From: an uncultured Dehalococcoidia bacterium
GTDB lineage: Bacteria > Chloroflexota > Dehalococcoidia > SZUA-161
Assembly (NCBI GenBank): GCA_964353645.1
Contig: CAYGWR010000001.1
Location: 7,091-71,090 of the forward strand
Direction: 5' to 3'
DNA length: 64,000 nt
This document shows positions 28,965 to 39,315 of the stretch, one piece after another (the first letter of the stretch is position 1; each line of letters opens with the position of its first letter). Under the pieces are notes generated by a model. It was not told the origin of the DNA. It did not search any database and worked only from the letters and a program-made list of their open reading frames with translations. A program made the position numbers and the translations under genes.

Positions 28965-29780
28965 TTAGCCTATACCTATCATCTTCCTTGCCTCTGCAGG
29001 AGTGGCAACCTCTCTGCCCATCCCTCTGCTGATATTCACTATCTTCCTGACCAGCTCGGCGTTGTCCTTTGCCAATATCCCTTTCTTAATATAAGGGTAG
29101 TCCTCTGTACCTATCCTCATGTGGTACCCTGTGGCGATGGCAAGGGGCAATATCAGGTTTTGCTTTGGCCCCATTACGCTGGTGGAACATAGGCAATTTG
29201 GAGGAAGATATCTCATCCGGTGAAAGAACTCGTCGGGCGTGGCAGGCGACCAGGTGCCTCCAGGCCAGTCAAAAAATTGGGTAAGGAAGTAGGGCCTTCC
29301 CACCAGATTTCTTTCAATGAGATAGTTCAAGTTCCATATGGACCCATAGTGCCAGACTTCAAATTCAGGCTTGATGCCAGTTTCCTGGCATAGCTTGCAG
29401 TATTCTTCCAATTCGTTACGAGGGTGTAACCGGTTTACCTCGATCTGGTGAAAATACTCATCATGATGGTTCAAAATTATGGACATCATGTCGGGTTTCG
29501 CTTCAAAGACCTCACGTCGCTCCTCTAAAGGCTCGCTGGACATGCCTATCTGCACAATGATATCGCACCTCTCCCTGATCAACTCGATAGTTCTAGAACA
29601 TGCGCCTTTGGGCGCATGAATGTGTGCGATGCTGGCGCCCTCTTCACAGCATCTACACGCCATTCCCGCGATCTCTTCCAGAGTTTGGGGGTAGTTATTT
29701 GCTTCGGGATATATCCAGGGGTTAGCCAGGGTCACGGTGACAATAAGTTTCCCTTTAGCAAGCCCTTTAGCACTTTTCAT
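28965..29780 (-). CDS. BKACE family enzyme (3-keto-5-aminohexanoate cleavage enzyme-like, DUF849)
   Basis: The TIM-barrel N-terminus (VTVTLANPWIYPE...IAHIHAP) carries the conserved HxH metal site typical of Kce/BKACE. Confidence 0.7.
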   Translation of the reverse strand: MKSAKGLAKGKLIVTVTLANPWIYPEANNYPQTLEEIAGMACRCCEEGASIAHIHAPKGACSRTIELIRERCDIIVQIGMSSEPLEERREVFEAKPDMMSIILNHHDEYFHQIEVNRLHPRNELEEYCKLCQETGIKPEFEVWHYGSIWNLNYLIERNLVGRPYFLTQFFDWPGGTWSPATPDEFFHRMRYLPPNCLCSTSVMGPKQNLILPLAIATGYHMRIGTEDYPYIKKGILAKDNAELVRKIVNISRGMGREVATPAEARKMIGIG

Positions 29781-29946
29781 CCTTCCCCTTTATGTCGTAG
29801 TGAAGTTGACGAATCATTCGGAACTTGTTATAAGTTAGTCAATTATCTTTTCCTTGTATGTCGGGTATGCTAGCATATTTCTTTGAAATGCTCAATGTGG
29901 TGAGCAATGTCAGCCCAAATAAAAGTCTCAAGAAAGGAGTCATAGT

Positions 29947-31068
29947 ATGGAACCTGTAGGTTTTGACAAAAAGAAGATCTCGGAGGTGATGCAGAGAAGG
30001 AGTATCGATTTCATAGTCACTTCGTCCCCGGAGAACGTATTCTACACCTGTGGCTTACCAGTAAGGCATATGGAAAATAATCCCATACTATTCGTTCTTT
30101 CCAATCAATACCCCACAATAGTAGTGATACGACAAAATGGCGAGGAAAGTGTTATTGCCTGGGGATTATTTGATCCTGCTCTGACCTGGGTAAAGGACTT
30201 TCGGGGGATTATGACCAGGGGGGACGCCGTAAACGCTGTAATTTCCCTAATGGAGGAAGCTAAGCTTTCCAAGCCAACCATAGGGGTGGAGAGCGCTATG
30301 CCTTTCTACCAATTTGAGGGTCTCAAAAAGGCCTTTCCAAAGGCTATTTTTAAAACTATAGATGATATCTTTCTGGAGATGAGGCTCATCAAATCTCCTG
30401 AAGAGATCGATCGAATAAGAAAAGCAACTATCATAGCCGAAAAAGCGATACTGGCTATGTTTGAACAGCTCAGGGAGGGTGTAACCGATATAGAGCTTCT
30501 GAAAGTGGCCAAGAGCACGGTGGTGAAGGAAGGGGCTTTTGGGTGGGACCATATAACTATGAGTCTGGGGTCGAGTGACCCGGAGGCACCCGGAACGGGT
30601 GTTAAGATGAAGAAAAATGAGCTGGCCCGTTTTGATGTAGGGGCAATTTACAAAGGATATTGCTCCGATGTCAGCCGGCATGTCGCCTTGGGTAAAATTC
30701 CCTCAGGGGCAAAGAAGATCATCGCTCAAATAGTGGATGTGCAGCAGAAATGTGCCGATGCCATTGTGCCTGGCGTAAGCGCAACAGAAGTAAGTAGAAT
30801 AGGACAACAGGCTTACGAAAGGACGGGCCAGGAGTTGCCATTTTTTATAACCTGCCACGGCCTCGGTTTACAAACGGAGGAATTCTATTTCTTCAGTCCC
30901 ATGACTGGGCCATCTGAGATAGTTTTTCAGCCCGGCATGGTCTTCGATCTTGAAATTTGGGCGCCCTTTGATCCCTACAGGCTTATCGGCATGGAGGACA
31001 CCTATTTGGTCAATCAGTCGGGATGCCAAAGAATATCGACTCTTGACAGGACTTTATTGGTTAAATGA
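29947..31068 (+). CDS. M24 family metallopeptidase (Xaa-Pro aminopeptidase/creatinase-like)
   Basis: It has a creatinase-like N-domain and a pita-bread C-domain with metal ligands (DVGAIYKGYCSD, HGLGL, E...E). Confidence 0.8.
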   Translation: MEPVGFDKKKISEVMQRRSIDFIVTSSPENVFYTCGLPVRHMENNPILFVLSNQYPTIVVIRQNGEESVIAWGLFDPALTWVKDFRGIMTRGDAVNAVISLMEEAKLSKPTIGVESAMPFYQFEGLKKAFPKAIFKTIDDIFLEMRLIKSPEEIDRIRKATIIAEKAILAMFEQLREGVTDIELLKVAKSTVVKEGAFGWDHITMSLGSSDPEAPGTGVKMKKNELARFDVGAIYKGYCSDVSRHVALGKIPSGAKKIIAQIVDVQQKCADAIVPGVSATEVSRIGQQAYERTGQELPFFITCHGLGLQTEEFYFFSPMTGPSEIVFQPGMVFDLEIWAPFDPYRLIGMEDTYLVNQSGCQRISTLDRTLLVK

Positions 31069-31093
31069 AAGAATTTATGCAGGAGGCGATCTG

Positions 31094-32107
31094 GTGAGAA
31101 AAATCGGTGTTGGCATAATAGGCCTGGGAGTCGCGGGCTCCTTACATGCAGCTTCCTATGCTGCGATTCCGGATAAAGCAAGGATTGTGGCCATATGTGA
31201 TAGGAATGAGAAAGCTCTCAAAACGGCCGTCTCGGTTTATGGAGGTAAAGCATACACGGATTATCATGAACTCATTGCTCGCAACGATATAGAAGCTGTA
31301 GATGTATGCCTTCCTCATTGGCTCCACGCTGAGGCGACGGTGGCGGCGGCTGAGGCTGGAAAACATGTCCTGGTGGAGAAACCCATCTCTACCACCTTGG
31401 AGGATGCCGACAGGATAATTGGGGCAGCACGCAAAGCTGGTGTGAAACTGATGGTGGCAGAAAATCATAGGTTTACTCCTGCGCATCGCCTGGCCAAGGA
31501 ACTGGTGAATCAGGGCAAAATCGGACGCATTTTTGCGGCCAGAGCCTATGAGCTTTGTAATGATGTGCCTACCGATCCCGGAGGTTGGAAGGCAAGGCCT
31601 GAGGCAATGGGAGCCCTGTTAGACATGGGTGTACATAAATTTAACGTCTTAAGGTGGATAGTGGGCGAAGTCGAGAGCGTGTTTGCGGTGGCCAGAAAGT
31701 TAGTTTGCTCGCTGCAAACCGATATCGATGATAATGCTGTGATTCTGCTTGAGTTCGCCAATGGAGCACTGGGTGAAGTATTCGTAACTTCCTCGGTTGT
31801 TCATGAACCGACAAACAGGCTCGAGCTCTATGGGACAGAGGGAACCATCATTGAAGAGCATTCCTGGAAGCGTCCCCTGATGTACTATTCCCAGAAGGCA
31901 GGCAGGTGGGTGAGGCCTCGGGTGGAGCATGCCCCTTTCCCGGGCTATTATGAAATATCGTTCAAAAAGGAAGTGGAGCACTTCGTAGATTGCATTTTGC
32001 AGGACAGGCAACCCGAAGTGACTGGTGAGGATGGCAAAGCTGCGTTGAAACTGGCCTTGGCTGCATACAAATCAGCGAAGACAGGCAAAATCCAGAGAGT
32101 GGGTTAA
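31094..32107 (+). CDS. Gfo/Idh/MocA family NAD(P)-dependent oxidoreductase
   Basis: Rossmann N-terminus VRKIGVGIIGLGVAG after an AGGAGG RBS, plus the EKP motif (LVEKPIS). The ORF 30950..32107 extends into pepP, so I moved the start to the GTG at 31094. Confidence 0.85.
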   Translation: MRKIGVGIIGLGVAGSLHAASYAAIPDKARIVAICDRNEKALKTAVSVYGGKAYTDYHELIARNDIEAVDVCLPHWLHAEATVAAAEAGKHVLVEKPISTTLEDADRIIGAARKAGVKLMVAENHRFTPAHRLAKELVNQGKIGRIFAARAYELCNDVPTDPGGWKARPEAMGALLDMGVHKFNVLRWIVGEVESVFAVARKLVCSLQTDIDDNAVILLEFANGALGEVFVTSSVVHEPTNRLELYGTEGTIIEEHSWKRPLMYYSQKAGRWVRPRVEHAPFPGYYEISFKKEVEHFVDCILQDRQPEVTGEDGKAALKLALAAYKSAKTGKIQRVG

Positions 32108-32360
32108 TCCTTTGAGCCGGGATTCCCCATTTCAAATCGTAGTGAGGCATATCACCTGGGGAAGGCCCCCATCTTCTGGCTCTATCGCCTTCACTCGGCT
32201 TCTCGATCTTTATTAGCTCGGCACCAAGGTCGGCCAGCAGCTTGGCGCAGTAAGGGGCAGCCACAAACTCGGCATACTCCAGCACCTTGACTCCTGCAAG
32301 TGCCTTTTTACTTTCGATATTGCTCTTTTCTCTACGGTGTCTCTGATTCCTGTTAGCCAT
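32107..32360 (-). pseudogene. N-terminal fragment of a CaiB/BaiF-family (class III) CoA-transferase
   Basis: VKVLEYAEFVAAPYCAKLLADLGAELIKIEKP matches the conserved family-III CoA-transferase N-terminus. Similarity is lost after ~85 aa, and the reading frame then runs into the 3' end of the convergent oxidoreductase gene. Confidence 0.4.
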
Positions 32361-32564
32361 TACTCTTAGTCAGTTTGTTTTTTCAAGGATCGGATTTCTC
32401 ATGACTATTTTACTACAGAATAGCGCAATAATGGGTGGGCAGGGAGCGAAGGGCAATCATAGAAAAGCACGAAATCATAATCCGTGCGTAGGGGGAAGGT
32501 GTTCAATTCAGGCTAAGCAGTTTGAAAAGCTGCGCAAGCCCAGTTTTGGATATTCAGCCTACAG

Positions 32565-33274
32565 CTAACTCGGAGTGACATTCCCAGAATCGGAGGGTTG
32601 ACTCTGGTCAGGCTGTGTTTCCTTTTTCTTTCTGCTGAACAAAGATATAACCCACATAAAGGCTTGAGTCTCCTTTGTCAGTATCGTCATCACGATTGGG
32701 ATGCTCATTATCTTGATCACTACCTTGTTGCCCATCATCTTCATCAGCAATCTATCTCTCCAGCTCATATCTGCTATTTCCTCCTTGATATTTTCGGCGG
32801 GCCTGCTTGGCCTCTTCTGATAACTTGTTCTTCATCTCTGCAAATTTGATCTTCCAGTCTGTTTCCTTCTGCACATCGACCTTTATCTTGAACTTTATAA
32901 TCTGTAACCGTATGGCGGTATAAATGCTGACGAGCAGGCCTCTCCACTTGTCATAAATCCATCCGATAAACCTGAGCTCCAATACCAGTATACCCAGATC
33001 GATAGGAGGGAAAAAGGAGGATGGGGAAAACGATCAGCAGCAAAAGCAATGTAGCATGAAGTAATACAGAAGCAAGGATAATCAATAGCACAGCCAAGAG
33101 AATCAAGGGTTGCAAGTTCTCGGGTCGGGCTGCCCACGCCGCAATTTTTCGCAGCCAGGGGTAAAGGTGGCTCACGGCGTAGATAAAGAAGGTAAGGAAG
33201 AGTAATTCCCAAAGACCACTGATGACCAGTACTACGAGTACGAGGGCAAAGAGTAAAATTGTAATAATATTCAT
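32565..33274 (-). pseudogene. possible frameshifted membrane-protein gene (three consecutive ORFs in different frames)
   Basis: ORFs 32951..33274 (hydrophobic, at least 3 helices), 32752..32982 and 32565..32768 are collinear on the minus strand. The first two overlap, and all three are in different frames. Confidence 0.25.
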
Positions 33275-33494
33275 TTTTTACCTGATGAATGATAGGGTGT
33301 GACTAACTACTTGCTGAGATGCCCTTTTAATAGGCTATGATAGCATAATGCCTCGATTTGTCAAACCTGGTGGGTAAGGTTAAGATAAATAAGGAAATTG
33401 CTCAAAAAATGGGACTTTTAGGTCTTGAAAATATTGTGGAAAGAGGTTAAAATCCGCCAGGTTAAAAGAAGTCCGAGATTTTATTGAGGTAGCG

Positions 33495-34340
33495 ATGGTA
33501 TACTATCAGTTAAGTGAAAAGGCCAAACTGAGACGGCATCGTACGAATGAGGCTATCGCCTTGGCTATGCAAAGCCGGTGGGAAGAGGCTGCTGCCGTCA
33601 ACAAAAGTATAATTGAGATGTTCCCTGATGATGCTGATGCCTACAATCGACTGGGCAAAGCATTAACCCAGATGGGGAAATATGCCGAGGCCAAGGAAGC
33701 TTATAGACGTGCCCTTGAGATTGAGCCCGCTAATAGTATCGCTAAGAAGAATCTCGACCGATTGTCACATCTTAGTGAAACTGGGCCTGGTCAAAAAGGG
33801 GGGAAGCAGGTTAGCGCTCACCTTTTCATTGAGGAGACGGGTAAGACGGAGGTGACTAATCTTCATCAAATCGCTCCCAGGGGAGTGCTGGCGAAATTGG
33901 CTGCCGGTGATCCCGTCTATCTTAAGGCTAAGAGACAAAGGCTGATTGTGGAGAGCGGAGACGGCGAATATATTGGTGAGATTGAACCTAAGCTAGGACT
34001 GCGTCTTATTAAGTTAATGGAAGGCGGCAATAGGTATACGGCAGCTATTGCTCGCATCTCAGAGGATAAGGGCAAGGTGATGATTAAAGAGATTTACCAG
34101 CATCCCAGCCAGGCAGGGCGTCCTTCATTCCCGGCGCGAGTTACTGATGACTTCAGACCATATGTCAAGAACACCGTGCTTAGATATGAGCTAGAGGATG
34201 AGGAGGAAGCTTTTGATGAGGAGGCTGGTGAATGGGAGGGAGAAGAACCCTTGCGGGAGGATGCGACTCAGCTCGGTGACGTTGTCGCTTTTGCAGATGA
34301 AGATGGTGGCGAGAGCGGGTTTGGAGCGGCGGAGAAGTAG
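33495..34340 (+). CDS. TPR-repeat protein with acidic C-terminus
   Basis: It has an N-terminal Ala/Tyr/Asn-rich TPR helix pattern (AYNRLGKALTQMGKYAEAKEAYRRALEIEP) and a C-terminal E/D-rich tail. Confidence 0.65.
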   Translation: MVYYQLSEKAKLRRHRTNEAIALAMQSRWEEAAAVNKSIIEMFPDDADAYNRLGKALTQMGKYAEAKEAYRRALEIEPANSIAKKNLDRLSHLSETGPGQKGGKQVSAHLFIEETGKTEVTNLHQIAPRGVLAKLAAGDPVYLKAKRQRLIVESGDGEYIGEIEPKLGLRLIKLMEGGNRYTAAIARISEDKGKVMIKEIYQHPSQAGRPSFPARVTDDFRPYVKNTVLRYELEDEEEAFDEEAGEWEGEEPLREDATQLGDVVAFADEDGGESGFGAAEK

Positions 34341-34480
34341 AAGCGATTCAGTATAGATAGAGAATAGATAAAGGGGAAAGCCGAGGCAATTGCCTCGGCT
34401 TTCCTATTGTTTTGTGCCTAAATTGAGCTATTACTGATCGAGCCTTTAGCTATCTGCGGCGGCTTGTCAAAAACCTCCGC

Positions 34481-34738
34481 TTGGTATATACTGTGAATGT
34501 CATTCTATGGCGGGAGGTGGCTCTAGTGGAGAACATCGTTTTCCCCAAATGCCAGAAATGCAATACTGGCGACTTGGTGCCTCTATCGGATTTTGGAAGC
34601 CAAGGGGCACCCATCCACTACAAAGTCTGGGTTTGTACCAATCCCGAATGTGGCTTTAACATAAAGATCCGAAATGGTGATATCTATGTTAACGAGCCGA
34701 TATTGAGCGGAGCAGTGCATAGTAACCGCTATCGCTAG
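34481..34738 (+). CDS. small zinc-ribbon protein
   Basis: Two Cys pairs (CQKC...CTNPEC) are separated by ~30 aa. Confidence 0.4.
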   Translation: MVYTVNVILWREVALVENIVFPKCQKCNTGDLVPLSDFGSQGAPIHYKVWVCTNPECGFNIKIRNGDIYVNEPILSGAVHSNRYR

Positions 34739-34797
34739 CAAGTGCGGTTTCGTTTTTGGTGTCTTGCTGGTCGGTGTTTAAAAGAGGAAAGTTCACT

Positions 34798-36414
34798 TTA
34801 CTCCAGGTAATCTTTCAGCTTCTTTGATCTGCTGGGGTGGCGTAGCTTACGAAGCGCTTTAGCTTCGATCTGGCGTATACGCTCCCTGGTAACGCCGAAT
34901 TCTTTCCCGACTTCTTCGAGGGTGCGACTGCGCCCATCTTCAAGGCCGAATCTCAGTTGAAGCACACGACGCTCTCGTGGGGTAAGAGTGGAGAGCACTT
35001 CCTCGACTTGATCTTTGAGCAAGTTAAGGGAAGCAGCTTCGACTGGGGGCATGGTGGAGCGGTCCTCGATAAAGTCACCCAGGTGGCTATCTTCCTCTTC
35101 CCCGATAGGCATTTCCAACGACACCGGTTCCTGAGATATTTTAATAATCTCCCTTACTTTTTCAGGGAAGATACCCATTCCCCTGGCGATTTCCTCTGAG
35201 GTCGGCTCACGACCATATTCTTGTGATAAGCGCCTACTTGTTCGGATAAGTTTGTTTATAGTCTCTACCATATGAACTGGTATGCGAATGGTGCGGGCTT
35301 TGTCAGCTATATCTCTGGTGATAGCCTGGCGGATCCACCAGGTGGCATAGGTGCTAAACTTGTACCCTTTTCGGTAGTCGAATTTCTCTACTGCTCGAAT
35401 TAGCCCTATATTGCCCTCTTGAATGAGGTCGAGGAGGGACATACCCCTCCCGATGTATTTTTTAGCTATGCTGACCACAAGGCGAAGGTTGGCTTCAATC
35501 AGGTGTCGTTGTGCTTTAGCGCCTTCTTCCTTTACATGCTCCCAATGCTCTCGCAGTCGGGGCTCCAGGGGTTCGATGGTTTTGCGAAACTCTGGCTTAG
35601 AGAGCAGGCTGTTCAGTTCGAGGAATGAACATTTATCGCCAATGAGGCGGAGCAGGCCCGTTGGTATAATAGCGATAAGGAGCGAAAAATCCTTCAGGGC
35701 TCGTTCTATTTCGCCTGGGTCAGTAGCAGTTTTCTCCCCCACTGCTTTCGCTAGTTGCTGCTGGATCTCGTTATCTATAGCATTCCGTAATTTTGGATCG
35801 GAAACTAGCTGACTCACGCTGGGCGACCGCGGCAGGTTCAACTCTTCTTGCAGAGCAGTTACGAAATTAGAAGCCTGACCTAGTCTGGTTAACAGGGCGA
35901 TTGCAATATCGGTAGTAGAAGGTAACTGTCCGTTCTTGTTTAGCCACTCCCCTTCAATCCTTTTGATGTATTTGCCCTCTTCCATCCTTCTCGCCAGAAG
36001 CTTTTCTTCTCTAGCGCTAAGCAAGGAAACCCGCCCCATCTCGCGAAGGTACATCCTTACGGGGTCATCGATCATCTCCTCAAGTTCCAGCCCTGTCTCC
36101 TCCAGCACTTCAATTTCAGGCTCTGCCTCCCAGATATCAGCTTCAGTGGGTTCCTCAGGTAAAATCCCTAAATCATCCGCCACTTCAGACTTGCCCTCGG
36201 CAAGGGGTACAAAGACATCGTCCTCATGCTCTATTTTCCCAGTGAGCTTGGGCACAGAAGCGAAGATGTCATCTCCGTGCTCTACCTCTTCTTCAAGCTT
36301 GGGCACAGAGGCGAAGATGTCGTCTGTTTTTACCCCAGAGACAAAGATATCCTCTGGTAAAAGATCACCTTGTTCATAAAGAAATTCTTCGAGTTCTTTT
36401 GATTCGTCTTTCAT
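34798..36414 (-). CDS. rpoD: RNA polymerase primary sigma factor (sigma-70 family) with extended acidic repeat-containing N-terminus
   Basis: Regions 1.2-4.2 are present ([11 protein letters not shown], the region 2.4 motif [12 protein letters not shown], region 4.2 [15 protein letters not shown]). The gene is in the rpoD-dnaG arrangement. Confidence 0.9.
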   Translation of the reverse strand: MKDESKELEEFLYEQGDLLPEDIFVSGVKTDDIFASVPKLEEEVEHGDDIFASVPKLTGKIEHEDDVFVPLAEGKSEVADDLGILPEEPTEADIWEAEPEIEVLEETGLELEEMIDDPVRMYLREMGRVSLLSAREEKLLARRMEEGKYIKRIEGEWLNKNGQLPSTTDIAIALLTRLGQASNFVTALQEELNLPRSPSVSQLVSDPKLRNAIDNEIQQQLAKAVGEKTATDPGEIERALKDFSLLIAIIPTGLLRLIGDKCSFLELNSLLSKPEFRKTIEPLEPRLREHWEHVKEEGAKAQRHLIEANLRLVVSIAKKYIGRGMSLLDLIQEGNIGLIRAVEKFDYRKGYKFSTYATWWIRQAITRDIADKARTIRIPVHMVETINKLIRTSRRLSQEYGREPTSEEIARGMGIFPEKVREIIKISQEPVSLEMPIGEEEDSHLGDFIEDRSTMPPVEAASLNLLKDQVEEVLSTLTPRERRVLQLRFGLEDGRSRTLEEVGKEFGVTRERIRQIEAKALRKLRHPSRSKKLKDYLE

Positions 36415-38237
36415 TGATCCTCTCTATGGCTGGAAGTTATCTGCATTGTGTTTTCAAAGTTCTCTTTCAGCTTCAAGTTAATCTCCACTCCTCTTTGCTG
36501 CAAGGCAGCTATATCTTGACTCCTTCCCTCGGATTCGGCATCGGAAAGGAGTGATTCCTCTTGGATTTTCAGGCTTATCAATCGCCTCTCCTCCAGGCGG
36601 CGTATGCAATCAGCCAATGCCTTTTCCCAGTCTCTCTCTCCTGCAGGAGGCAGAGTTTTTCCACGCAGTGCTTTAGCATGCTCCTGAAGGTCTATATTAT
36701 CAATTATATATAGTAATTCCTCAGAGTTTAAGGTGTTGCGCCAGGCGATGAATATCTCCCTGTTCTCAATGCGCTCGAAGTGTTCTGGCTCAAGCTCTTT
36801 AGCCTTATCCCTAAGCTCAGGATGCTGCAGCAACAGGCAAAGGCAGTACTCCTCTAGTTTGTCGCCGAAATATGCAGGGGCAATAGGCTTGGTTTGCGTC
36901 TTGGAAGCCTTTTCACTCCGAGTGCGATGCAGACGGGCTGCCATTCCTACAAGCGTTTTATCGCTAACTCCCAATAAACTAGCTAGCTTACCCAAATATA
37001 ACTCGCGCTGTATGTCATCATCTAGCTCGGCGATCAAGGGTAGGAGTTGTTCGCTTGCTCGTGACCTTTCCTCCGGCTTGGTCAGATCCGCTTTTGATGC
37101 AGCTACTGTCAAGAGGTGGTCCATTAAAGGCAAAGCATTGTCAACCAGTTGTTGCCATGATTGTGGGGCATCTCTAATCACTAAATCGGGATCCTTGCCT
37201 TGGGGAAGGGGAATTATTTTCATCTCTGCTCTGAGCTTAGAAGTGGTTCCTAGCCATGTAGGCATCTCCAGATCTTCTCGTTCCAGTGAGCGGCGAGCGA
37301 CCTCTATAGCACGCAAGGTTGCGGCATTGCCAGCAACGTCAGGGTCGAGGGCAAAAGCTAGTCTCCTCGTCAACCCCTTCAGGACTTTTATCTGCTTCTC
37401 GGTAAGTGCAGTGCCCATCGAGGCTACTACATTGGTGAAGCCGTACTGGTGAGCGGTGATAACATCCATATAACCCTCAACGATAACCGCCAGCCCTTTT
37501 TCTTTAATAGCTCCTTTGGCGCGGTCTACAGCGTAGAGAATGCTGCTCTTATCGAAAATCGCTGTTTGCGGTGAGTTTAAATACTTAGGCAGGGAATCGT
37601 CCAAAGCCCGGGCACCAAAGCCTACAACTCTTCCCTTGATGTCTCGGATGGGGAACATCAGCCGATGCCTAAAGAGGTCATATACCCTGCCCTCTTTTTC
37701 TCCCAGTAGTCTTACCGCTAGCAGTTCCTTCTCGTTATAACCTCTCTCTAAGAGATGTTTTTTGAGGCCTTCCCCGGGGCTGAATCCTAACTGGAAGTCA
37801 TCAATAGTTTTGGAATTGAGACCCCGTTTCTTCATCACATAATCACGCGCCCCCTCAGCCGCCGGAGCGTGAAGCAGCAAATCGTGGTAGTATTGCGCTG
37901 CAGTCTCATTTATCTGATAGAACCTATCTGTAAGCTTGCTCTCAACCGTCTCCTTTTTACGCTCTAGTGATACTCCTGCTTTATCAGCGAGCATTTTAAG
38001 CGTCTCGCCGAAGTCAGCCCCTTCCTTTTTCATCACGAAGGAGAACAGATCGCCACCGGCACTGCAGCCAAAGCATCTCCAGGACTGACGCTCGGGGAAG
38101 ATGAAGAATGAAGGCGTCTTCTCCTGGTGAAATGGACAAAGCGCCTTAAAGTTACGCCCTGCTTTCTCCAGCTTGAGGTAACTGCTGATGACGTCTACTA
38201 TATCCAACCTTTGCTTTATATCATCGATGGTGCTCAT
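36411..38237 (-). CDS. dnaG: DNA primase
   Basis: It has an N-terminal zinc-binding domain ([11 protein letters not shown]...CFGC) and a TOPRIM core (EGYMDV), and is 608 aa. Confidence 0.9.
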   Translation of the reverse strand: MSTIDDIKQRLDIVDVISSYLKLEKAGRNFKALCPFHQEKTPSFFIFPERQSWRCFGCSAGGDLFSFVMKKEGADFGETLKMLADKAGVSLERKKETVESKLTDRFYQINETAAQYYHDLLLHAPAAEGARDYVMKKRGLNSKTIDDFQLGFSPGEGLKKHLLERGYNEKELLAVRLLGEKEGRVYDLFRHRLMFPIRDIKGRVVGFGARALDDSLPKYLNSPQTAIFDKSSILYAVDRAKGAIKEKGLAVIVEGYMDVITAHQYGFTNVVASMGTALTEKQIKVLKGLTRRLAFALDPDVAGNAATLRAIEVARRSLEREDLEMPTWLGTTSKLRAEMKIIPLPQGKDPDLVIRDAPQSWQQLVDNALPLMDHLLTVAASKADLTKPEERSRASEQLLPLIAELDDDIQRELYLGKLASLLGVSDKTLVGMAARLHRTRSEKASKTQTKPIAPAYFGDKLEEYCLCLLLQHPELRDKAKELEPEHFERIENREIFIAWRNTLNSEELLYIIDNIDLQEHAKALRGKTLPPAGERDWEKALADCIRRLEERRLISLKIQEESLLSDAESEGRSQDIAALQQRGVEINLKLKENFENTMQITSSHREDQ

Positions 38238-38247
38238 TCTGTGAACC

Positions 38248-39300
38248 TTAATAGTTAGAGGTTAAGGCACCCAATTCGCTGGCCAGACTCAAGGCGTAGT
38301 TATCGGTCATTCCGGCAATATAGTCAACTACCCCACGCTCCGCTTCATCGCTACTTGCGAATTCTTTGGGTAGTTTATCAGGATTGTTTACAAAATAATA
38401 ATATAAAAAGCGGACGACTTGTATAGCCCTTTCTGTTTCCTTCCTCGATACTTGAACTTCATATACCCTCTGAAATAAGAACTGACGTAGGTTGTTCGCT
38501 GCTTCTAGAACCCCAGGGCTCATTGTAATTATCGGGGTTTTCTTGGTATCGTCTATCCCTGTAGCCGACCACGACTGGTCAATGATATCACAGACCATAG
38601 TGTCAATCCTTTTTGAGTGCGACTTACCCAGAACAACTATCGCTGATGGGGGCAGGTCATCCTCGGTAATAAGCCCGGCCCTTATAGCGTCGCCGATGTC
38701 GTGGTTGATATAAGCTACCGAATCTGCGATTCTGCATATCTGAGCCTCCAAAGTAGTCGGAGGGTCCCACATATCACCAAGTATATCTTGCTTACTACTC
38801 TTGGAGTGTTTCAAGATACCCTCTTTTACCTCGCAGGTCAAGTTCAGGCCGTTTCCATCTTTCTCCAGGCAATCGACAACCCTCAGGCTTTGCTCATTGT
38901 GTCTGAACCCTTTAGGATAAAGCTCGTTAAGCACTTCTTCTCCCACATGCCCAAAGGGGGTATGGCCCAGGTCATGGCCCATTGAGATGGCCTCAGTCAG
39001 GTCCTCATTCAGATTCAGAGCTCGGGCGATGGAGCGCGCTATCTGAGATACTTCCAGGGTGTGGGTGAGCCTTGTGACATAGTGATCACCGAGTGGGGCA
39101 ATGAACACCTGAGTCTTGTGTTTTAGCCGTCGAAACGCTTTGGAGTGGATGATGCGGTCGCGGTCTCGCTGGAACTCAGTGCGCATCGGCGAAGGTGGCT
39201 CGGCCTTTGCTCTACCACGACTCAGCCTGCTTTTCGCCGCATAGGGCGATAAGCTTTCCTCCCGCTCCTCCAGCCGCTGGCGGATCTCCCCGTGTATCAT
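38248..39300 (-). CDS. dGTP triphosphohydrolase-like HD-domain protein
   Basis: HD motif (HSLEVSQIARSIA...GHDLGHTPFGH), 350 aa. Confidence 0.8.
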   Translation of the reverse strand: MIHGEIRQRLEEREESLSPYAAKSRLSRGRAKAEPPSPMRTEFQRDRDRIIHSKAFRRLKHKTQVFIAPLGDHYVTRLTHTLEVSQIARSIARALNLNEDLTEAISMGHDLGHTPFGHVGEEVLNELYPKGFRHNEQSLRVVDCLEKDGNGLNLTCEVKEGILKHSKSSKQDILGDMWDPPTTLEAQICRIADSVAYINHDIGDAIRAGLITEDDLPPSAIVVLGKSHSKRIDTMVCDIIDQSWSATGIDDTKKTPIITMSPGVLEAANNLRQFLFQRVYEVQVSRKETERAIQVVRFLYYYFVNNPDKLPKEFASSDEAERGVVDYIAGMTDNYALSLASELGALTSNY

Positions 39301-39315
39301 AAAAGCCTTCGTTAG

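Noticed and set aside
30950-31093. N-terminal extension of the oxidoreductase ORF back to 30950
   Set aside because: It would overlap the 3' end of the M24 peptidase gene by 120 nt. The internal GTG at 31094 is preceded by AGGAGG and begins the Rossmann motif.
36733-37452. 239-aa Ser/Arg-rich ORF on + strand
   Set aside because: It is antisense to dnaG and has no motif.
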